From the NCBI GenBank assembly GCA_046598045.1, contig JBKJJJ010000031.1, forward strand, positions 1 through 13,196: a stretch of 13,196 nucleotides of DNA, given 5' to 3'. Shown piece after piece: positions 8,331 to 13,196 of the stretch (within the stretch, counting starts at the first letter, position 1; every line of letters begins with the position of its first letter). The notes beneath the pieces are model-generated. The model worked only from the letters and a program-made list of their open reading frames with translations, was not told the DNA's origin and did not search any database. Source of the DNA: Candidatus Eiseniibacteriota bacterium (GTDB lineage: Bacteria; Eisenbacteria; RBG-16-71-46; DASYSL01). The translations under genes were made by a program, and so were the position numbers.

Positions 8331-8336
8331 TATACT
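8331..8336 (+). promoter_or_regulatory. putative -10 element (TATACT) of a leaderless hrcA transcript
   Basis: TATACT lies in the 34-nt hemW-hrcA gap, 8 nt before ATG 8345. There is no SD and no convincing -35. Confidence 0.55.
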
Positions 8337-8344
8337 GCCCGATC

Positions 8345-9397
8345 ATGCGCCTGAGACCCCCCACAGCCGCCGCGCCGCCGCGGCCGCGCCGCCTGGCGGA
8401 CCTGACCGCCCGCCAACGCCGCGTGCTCGAGTTGCTGGTCGCCCAGTATCTCGCGAGCGCACGCCCGGTGGCCTCGAGCGCGCTTGCCGTCGAGGGGCGC
8501 TGGGCATGGGCCCCCGCGACGCTCCGGCAGACCATGCTCGAGCTCGAGGAACTGGGCCTGCTCGAGCAGCCGCATGCCGCGGCGGGCCGGGTGCCGAGCG
8601 ATCGGGGCTACCGCCTGTTCGTCGACGGGCTCGACGGTCCCGCGGCGCTCGAGCCGTTCGAGCGCGAGGCCGTCGAACGCGCGCTCGCGCAATCCGCCCG
8701 CGACGTCGAACACCTGCTCGCCGGGGCCTCGCGCGTGCTCGCCGAGCTGGCGCGCGAACTGGGCTTCGCCGTGCACGACACGCTCGAGGACGGCCGGATC
8801 GCGGGCGTCGAACTCGTGCCGGTCGGGGACCGCCGGGTCCTGCTCGTGTTCGAATTCGAGGGTGGCGTGGTGCGCTCGAGCACGCTCGAACTCACGAGCG
8901 CCCTCTCGCGCGCCGAACTCGGCCGCGTCGGTGCGCTGATGCGCGAACGCCTGGCCGGACGCTCCCTGGCCGAGGCGCGGCGCTGCCTGACCGAGGACGA
9001 CGCGTTGGTGCGCGATGCCGCGGCCGCGCTCGTGGCGCTGGCCTGCCTCGACGCACTGGCTCATACCGCGCGCCCGGGCTGCTACGTCGGAGGCGCGGCG
9101 CACGTCGCGCGCCATCCCGAGTTCCGCGCACCGGAGCGCCTTGCGCCCGTGCTCGCGCTGCTCGACCACGCCGAACCCTGGCGGGGCCTCGTCCAGGGCG
9201 AGGGGGAGGACGGTCTGGCCGTCACGATCGGCCGCGAGAATCTCCGGCCGGAGCTCGCGCATCTCAGCCTCGTGAGTTATCGCCTCGCGGGACCGGTGGG
9301 CGCCTCGATCGGCCTGCTCGGACCCCGCCGCATGGACTACGGACGCGCCATGGGGCTTGTCGATTTCGTGGGGCGCCGCCTGAATTCGCTGCTGTAG
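8345..9397 (+). CDS. hrcA: heat-inducible transcription repressor HrcA
   Basis: LTARQRRVL...YLASARPVASSAL, LEELGLLEQPH...GRVPSDRGYRLFVD, VTIGREN and IGLLGPRRMDY; position between hemW and grpE. ATG 8345 chosen because the ORF-track start at 8153 lies deep inside hemW. Confidence 0.93.
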   Translation: MRLRPPTAAAPPRPRRLADLTARQRRVLELLVAQYLASARPVASSALAVEGRWAWAPATLRQTMLELEELGLLEQPHAAAGRVPSDRGYRLFVDGLDGPAALEPFEREAVERALAQSARDVEHLLAGASRVLAELARELGFAVHDTLEDGRIAGVELVPVGDRRVLLVFEFEGGVVRSSTLELTSALSRAELGRVGALMRERLAGRSLAEARRCLTEDDALVRDAAAALVALACLDALAHTARPGCYVGGAAHVARHPEFRAPERLAPVLALLDHAEPWRGLVQGEGEDGLAVTIGRENLRPELAHLSLVSYRLAGPVGASIGLLGPRRMDYGRAMGLVDFVGRRLNSLL

Positions 9398-9398
9398 A

Positions 9399-9416
9399 GC
9401 TGGTTTCAAAACCAGC
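9399..9416. repeat. perfect inverted repeat GCTGGTTT-CA-AAACCAGC between hrcA and grpE
   Basis: 8-bp arms with a 2-nt centre, directly after the hrcA stop and upstream of the grpE SD. Function unknown. Confidence 0.7.
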
Positions 9417-9437
9417 GCTCAACCCGGGAGACCACCC

Positions 9438-10001
9438 TTGAAGCACTCAAAGACCCACGCGCCCGGCGAGCCCGGCGCGCAGCCCTCCGATGTTGCGCCC
9501 GAGGCCTTCGCCCCGCCCGAAGCCGTGGACCTTTCGGCGCGCGTGGCCGAGCTCGAGGCCGAACTCGCGCGCGTCAAGGACGAGCGCCTGCGCGCCGAGG
9601 CGGACTTCCAGAACGCCCGGCGCCGCGCCCTGCGTGAGAGCGACGAGGCCGAGCGCCGGGGCGAGGCGCGCGCGTTCGGCGCGTTCCTGACGCTGATCGA
9701 CGACTTGGAGCGCGCCCGCACCGCTGCGCTGGCGGGTGAGGAGGGCGAAGGCCTGCTCTCGGGCGTGACGCTCGTGCTGACGCGCGCGCTCGACGAGCTG
9801 TCACGCCTCGGCATCAGCCCGATCGATCCGCACGGCGAAACCTTCGACCCGCACGCGCACGAGGCCCTGCTCTCGGCGGCGAGCGAGGCCCACCCCGCCG
9901 GCGCCGTGTCGCAGGTGATCGCGCGTGGCTACCGCCAGGGGGATCGCTTGCTGCGGCCGGCGCGGGTCGTGGTCTCGACCGGTCCGGAGGGCACTTCGTG
10001 A
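9438..10001 (+). CDS. grpE: nucleotide exchange factor GrpE
   Basis: LRAEADFQNARRR, DDLERA, GETFDPHAHEA and GYRQGDRLLRPARVVVS; TTG start after GGGAG (9426-9430). Confidence 0.96.
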   Translation: MKHSKTHAPGEPGAQPSDVAPEAFAPPEAVDLSARVAELEAELARVKDERLRAEADFQNARRRALRESDEAERRGEARAFGAFLTLIDDLERARTAALAGEEGEGLLSGVTLVLTRALDELSRLGISPIDPHGETFDPHAHEALLSAASEAHPAGAVSQVIARGYRQGDRLLRPARVVVSTGPEGTS

Positions 10002-11143
10002 GCGCGCGGCGCGACTACTACGAGGTGCTGGGGATCGAACGGGGCGCGAGCGAGGACGAGATCAAGAAGGCGTACCGCAAGCTCGCGATGCAGCACCACC
10101 CCGATCGCAATCCCGGGGATGCCTCGGCCGAGGGCAAGTTCAAGGCGGCGACCGAGGCCTACGAGGTGCTCAAGGACGCCGACCGCCGCGCGCGCTACGA
10201 CCGTTTCGGCCACGAGGCGGTAGGTCCGTCGGGTGCACCGGGAGCGGGCTTCGACGGCTTCGACCTGTCCGACGCGCTGCGCGCGTTCATGCGCGACTTC
10301 GGCGGCGGCGGGGGCGGCTTCGAGGACCTGTTCGCGGGCGCGGGCGGCGCGGGGCCGCGGCGCGGGCAGGACCTGCGCGTGCGCCTCAAGCTCTCGCTCG
10401 AGGAGATCGCGACCGGCGTCAAGAAGAAGCTCCAGGTCAAGCGCCAGGTGACGTGCGAAACCTGCCACGGCTCGGGCGCGCAGAAGGGCGGCAAGAAGAC
10501 CTGCACGCAGTGCGGCGGCCAGGGCCGCGTGCGCCAGGTGCAATCCTCGTTCTTCGGCCAGTTCGTCAACATCGCGGCCTGCCCACGCTGCCGGGGCACG
10601 GGCGAGCTGATCGAGAACCCGTGCCTCAAGTGCAGGGGCGAGGGGCGGCTCCAGGACTCCTCGACCGTCGCGGTCGACGTTCCGGCGGGTGTCGCGCAGG
10701 ACAACTACATTCCGTTGCGTGGCCTCGGCGACGCGGGCCCGAACGGCGGCCCCGCCGGCGACCTCCAGGTGCTGATCGAGGAGAAGCCGCACGAGGTGTT
10801 CGTGCGGGACGGGGCGGACCTGTGGGTCGAGATGCCGATCTCCATGCCGAAGGCCGCGCTCGGCGGCGAGATCGAGATCCCCACGCTCGACGCGCCGGTC
10901 AAGAAGAGCATCCCGGCCGGCACTCAGACGGGACGCGAGCTGCGCATCGCCGGCGCCGGCCTGCCGCGCCTGCGCGGCCGCGGCAGGGGCGACCTGATCG
11001 CGCGCCTGCGCGTGTGGACGCCGACCCGTCTGAGCGCCCGCGAGAAGAAGCTGTTCGAGGAACTCGACACGCTCGAAGCCGACAAGACGCCGAAGCCGGG
11101 CAAGGGCTTCTTCGAGAAGGTGCGGGACGCGTTCGGTGGCTGA
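9998..11143 (+). CDS. dnaJ: molecular chaperone DnaJ (class A)
   Basis: J-domain DYYEVLG...HPDRN, G/F-rich linker, four CxxCxGxG repeats (CETCHGSG, CTQCGGQG, CPRCRGTG, CLKCRGEG) and C-terminal domain. GTG start overlaps the grpE stop (GTGA). Confidence 0.98.
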   Translation: MSARRDYYEVLGIERGASEDEIKKAYRKLAMQHHPDRNPGDASAEGKFKAATEAYEVLKDADRRARYDRFGHEAVGPSGAPGAGFDGFDLSDALRAFMRDFGGGGGGFEDLFAGAGGAGPRRGQDLRVRLKLSLEEIATGVKKKLQVKRQVTCETCHGSGAQKGGKKTCTQCGGQGRVRQVQSSFFGQFVNIAACPRCRGTGELIENPCLKCRGEGRLQDSSTVAVDVPAGVAQDNYIPLRGLGDAGPNGGPAGDLQVLIEEKPHEVFVRDGADLWVEMPISMPKAALGGEIEIPTLDAPVKKSIPAGTQTGRELRIAGAGLPRLRGRGRGDLIARLRVWTPTRLSAREKKLFEELDTLEADKTPKPGKGFFEKVRDAFGG

Positions 11144-11906
11144 TCGCAGGGCGGTCGCGCGCTTCGCGCATCCGTTCGGACAGCCGGTCACGCAGGTCGT
11201 GCTCGCCGCGCTCGACCTCGACGACCAGCGGGTCGAGGGCGAGGACGCGCGCCATCTCGCAGGAAGCCTGAGGCTCGCCGCGGGCGACACGTTCATCGCG
11301 ACGGACGGGCGCGGCATGGTCGCGCGGCTCGAGGCCGTGAGGCTCGATCGCCGCGGCATCGACGCGCGCGTGCTCGAGCGGGCACAGGTTCCCGCGCCCG
11401 CCCTCCGCCTTTGGCTGGTCGCCGACGCCGAGGGCGCGCGCGGCGACTGGATCGTCGAGAAGGCGGTCGAATTCGGGGCCTGGGGTTTCCTGCCCGCCGA
11501 GGCGGCCCGCCCCGGGCGGATCGAGCGCTGGCGCCGGGTGGCGCGCGCCGCACTCAAGCAGTCGCTCTCTGCCTACGAGCTCCGGATCGAGGCTGCGCGG
11601 CCGGCCCGCGAGGTGGCGGCCGCGTGCGCCGCCTTGGGCGGACCGGGATTCGCGGTCTGGATCGCCCACCCAGAGGGCGCGAACCCGCTCCAGCAAGTCC
11701 TTCCTGTGCAAGGAGATCTGTACCTCGCCTGCGGTCCGCCCGGAGGCTGGGGCGCCGCCGAACTGGCCGCCTGGGAGGGCCTTCCGGGCGCGCGGAGGGT
11801 CGGCCTGGGGGGGCTGAGACTGCGGGCGGAGTCTGCCGCGCTGGCCCTGCTGACCGCCGCCGCCCTGGGTCTCCTGCCCGCGTCCCCGGGGCCTGAAACG
11901 GCTTGA
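11136..11906 (+). CDS. rsmE: 16S rRNA m3U1498 methyltransferase RsmE (SPOUT family), divergent
   Basis: HLAGSLRL..GD...TDGRG, EKAVEFG, RWRRVARAALKQS, GPPGG and LGGLRLRAESAA; usual position after dnaJ. Confidence 0.85.
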   Translation: MADRRAVARFAHPFGQPVTQVVLAALDLDDQRVEGEDARHLAGSLRLAAGDTFIATDGRGMVARLEAVRLDRRGIDARVLERAQVPAPALRLWLVADAEGARGDWIVEKAVEFGAWGFLPAEAARPGRIERWRRVARAALKQSLSAYELRIEAARPAREVAAACAALGGPGFAVWIAHPEGANPLQQVLPVQGDLYLACGPPGGWGAAELAAWEGLPGARRVGLGGLRLRAESAALALLTAAALGLLPASPGPETA

Positions 11907-11932
11907 CTGGACGGCACTTGTGGGCCTAAAGT
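11903..11932 (+). promoter_or_regulatory. putative sigma70 promoter for rpsU (-35 TTGACT, -10 TAAAGT)
   Basis: TTGACT at 11903-11908 overlaps the rsmE stop codon; 18-nt spacer; TAAAGT at 11927-11932. Confidence 0.55.
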
Positions 11933-12020
11933 GCGGGGACGACATCAGTCCGGTGTCTTCCCATTTGCCGGGCCCGCGGGGTCGTCACACGCGGGCCTCG
12001 AGCTTGAGAGGGGGGTTGCA

Positions 12021-12212
12021 ATGCCCGGCATCAGGGTGAAGGACAATGAATCCTTCGAGAGCGCCCTGCGCCGCTTCAAGAAGAAATGCGAGAAGGCCGG
12101 AGTGCTGGCGGATCTTCGTCGCCATCAGCACTTCGAGAAGCCTTCGGAGCGGCGGAAGCGCAAGATGAACGCCGCCAAGCGCAAGAATCTCGCCCGCAAA
12201 GTCGAGAACTGA
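12021..12212 (+). CDS. rpsU: 30S ribosomal protein bS21
   Basis: [48 protein letters not shown]...; 63 aa from ATG 12021, after the purine-rich SD GAGAGGGGGG. Confidence 0.97.
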   Translation: MPGIRVKDNESFESALRRFKKKCEKAGVLADLRRHQHFEKPSERRKRKMNAAKRKNLARKVEN

Positions 12213-12280
12213 CCTGCGCGGGGTGGTTCTTCCCCGCGATCGAGGTCGCTGCGTGGAAACAGGCGTCATCGCAATCCAGT

Positions 12281-12322
12281 GAGGGCGGGGGGGTGTGTCC
12301 ACCCCCCTCGCCCTTCGTTTTT
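12281..12322 (+). terminator. intrinsic terminator downstream of rpsU
   Basis: Long GC stem GAGGGCGGGGGGGTG-TGTC-CACCCCCC(T)CGCCCTT with one bulge, followed by CGTTTTT. Confidence 0.75.
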
Positions 12323-12362
12323 CGGCGCGCGGGCTCACCGCCGCCGCCGGAGGTCTTGACCC

Positions 12363-13121
12363 ATCGCTAGAGCCAGCGAACCCGTCGTCGGGCCGAGCGC
12401 GTCGTCCGGCTCGGCGCTCGAGCTGCTCGAGTACGACAAGGTGGTCGCCTGGCTCGCGGAGCTGGCGAGCGCTCCGACCTCGGCTGCGCTCGCCCGAGCG
12501 CTGGCGCCGGCAACGGCGGTCGCTGAAGCGCGCGCACGACTGACCGCGTTGTCCGAGGGCAAGCGGCTCGCCGAGACGCGCGGGCCGTGGCCCGGGCCGC
12601 CTCCGGTCGCGCTCGCCGCGGCGCTCGAACTCGAGTTTTCGCAGGGCGGACTGGTCTCGCCCCGCACGCTCCACCAGGTCGCCGAGCTGCTCGCGGCCAC
12701 GGCGCGCGCGGCGCGCTACTGGGCCGAGGCCGGGGGCGAGGCGCGCGAGGCGGCGCGCCTGGCGGCCGGTCTTCAGCCCGATCCCGAGTTCGAGAAGCGG
12801 CTGCGGGTGTCGGTCGATGCCGAGGGCCAGGTGCTCGACGGAGCGAGCCCGGAGCTGGCGGGCCTGAGGCGCCAGCAGGGCGTCGTGCGCGGGCGCCTGC
12901 GCGAGAAGCTCGACCGCTACAAGTCGCTGGCGGCCGAAGAGGGCTCGTTCGTCACGCAGCGCAACGACCGCTTTGTGGTGGCCGTCCGTTCCGACCGCTT
13001 CGAGCGCTCGAAGGGCCTGGTGCACGACGCGTCGGCGAGCGGACAGACTTTGTTCGTCGAGCCGTTCGAGGTGTGCGCGCTCAACAACGATCTCGCCGAA
13101 ATCGGCGCGCGCGAGCGCGCG
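12363..13121 (+). CDS. mutS2: endonuclease MutS2 / RqcU, N-terminal part only (start uncertain, 3' end disrupted)
   Basis: Hand translation of a frame absent from the ORF track gives ALELLEYDKVVAWL...VDAEGQVLDGASPEL...VTQRNDRFVVAV...GLVHDASASGQTLFVEP...LNNDLAE, which matches the MutS2 N-terminal signature. Confidence 0.9.
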
Positions 13122-13196
13122 CGAAAGCCGCACGCGCGCCCACAGGAGGTCCGTGTGCGCCAGCGCCTCCTCGCTCGCCACCAGCGCCGGGCGTGC
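13113..13196 (-). other. inverted fragment resembling the next segment of mutS2
   Basis: The minus strand reads ARPALVASEEALAHTDLLWARVRLSRAL, similar to the MutS2 segment L...L..LD...A(R/K)A..A that normally follows the LNN.L...E..E..RIL helix. Confidence 0.65.

Noticed and set aside
12210..12359. Selenocysteine read-through fusing rpsU to mutS2 (same frame, separated by TGA 12210 and TGA 12357, hairpin after the first TGA)
   Set aside because: bS21 is complete at the first TGA, the intervening peptide is low-complexity and crosses a terminator, the hairpin loop is closer to the UGA than in typical bacterial SECIS elements, and frame agreement has a 1-in-3 chance.
12356..12361. TTGACC as the -35 of a mutS2 promoter
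   Set aside because: No -10-like hexamer lies 16-19 nt downstream, and a TSS there would fall inside the probable coding region.
11985..13181. 398-aa minus-strand ORF as a gene
   Set aside because: It is antisense to mutS2 and rpsU; only its first ~23 residues are meaningful, as part of the inverted mutS2 fragment.

Overview
A GC-rich bacterial core-genome window with every intact gene on the + strand. A sigma70-type promoter precedes tRNA-Phe(GAA) and tRNA-Thr(CGT). These are followed by a tightly packed run: phosphohexomutase (probable glmM), glmS, ridA, tRNA-Sec(TCA, selC), a DUF5683-like protein, lepA, lepB, hemW, hrcA, grpE, dnaJ, rsmE and rpsU (own promoter and terminator). The window ends in the 5' part of mutS2, which the ORF track missed. 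I see no mobile element, CRISPR array or clearly novel multi-gene system. The main oddities are: (1) the last ~75-85 nt look like an inverted copy of the downstream part of mutS2, joined at a GC-rich microhomology; (2) mutS2 lacks an ATG/GTG/TTG start before its conserved N-terminus but has an SD-positioned ATC; (3) selC sits inside a housekeeping operon without selA/B/D, has a C-A mismatch in its acceptor stem and is spanned by an open frame continuous with the next CDS; (4) HrcA looks leaderless, has a divergent recognition helix and has no CIRCE nearby, while a different palindrome precedes grpE; (5) dnaK and prmA are cleanly absent from the heat-shock cluster. Family assignments come from motif recognition, not database searches.
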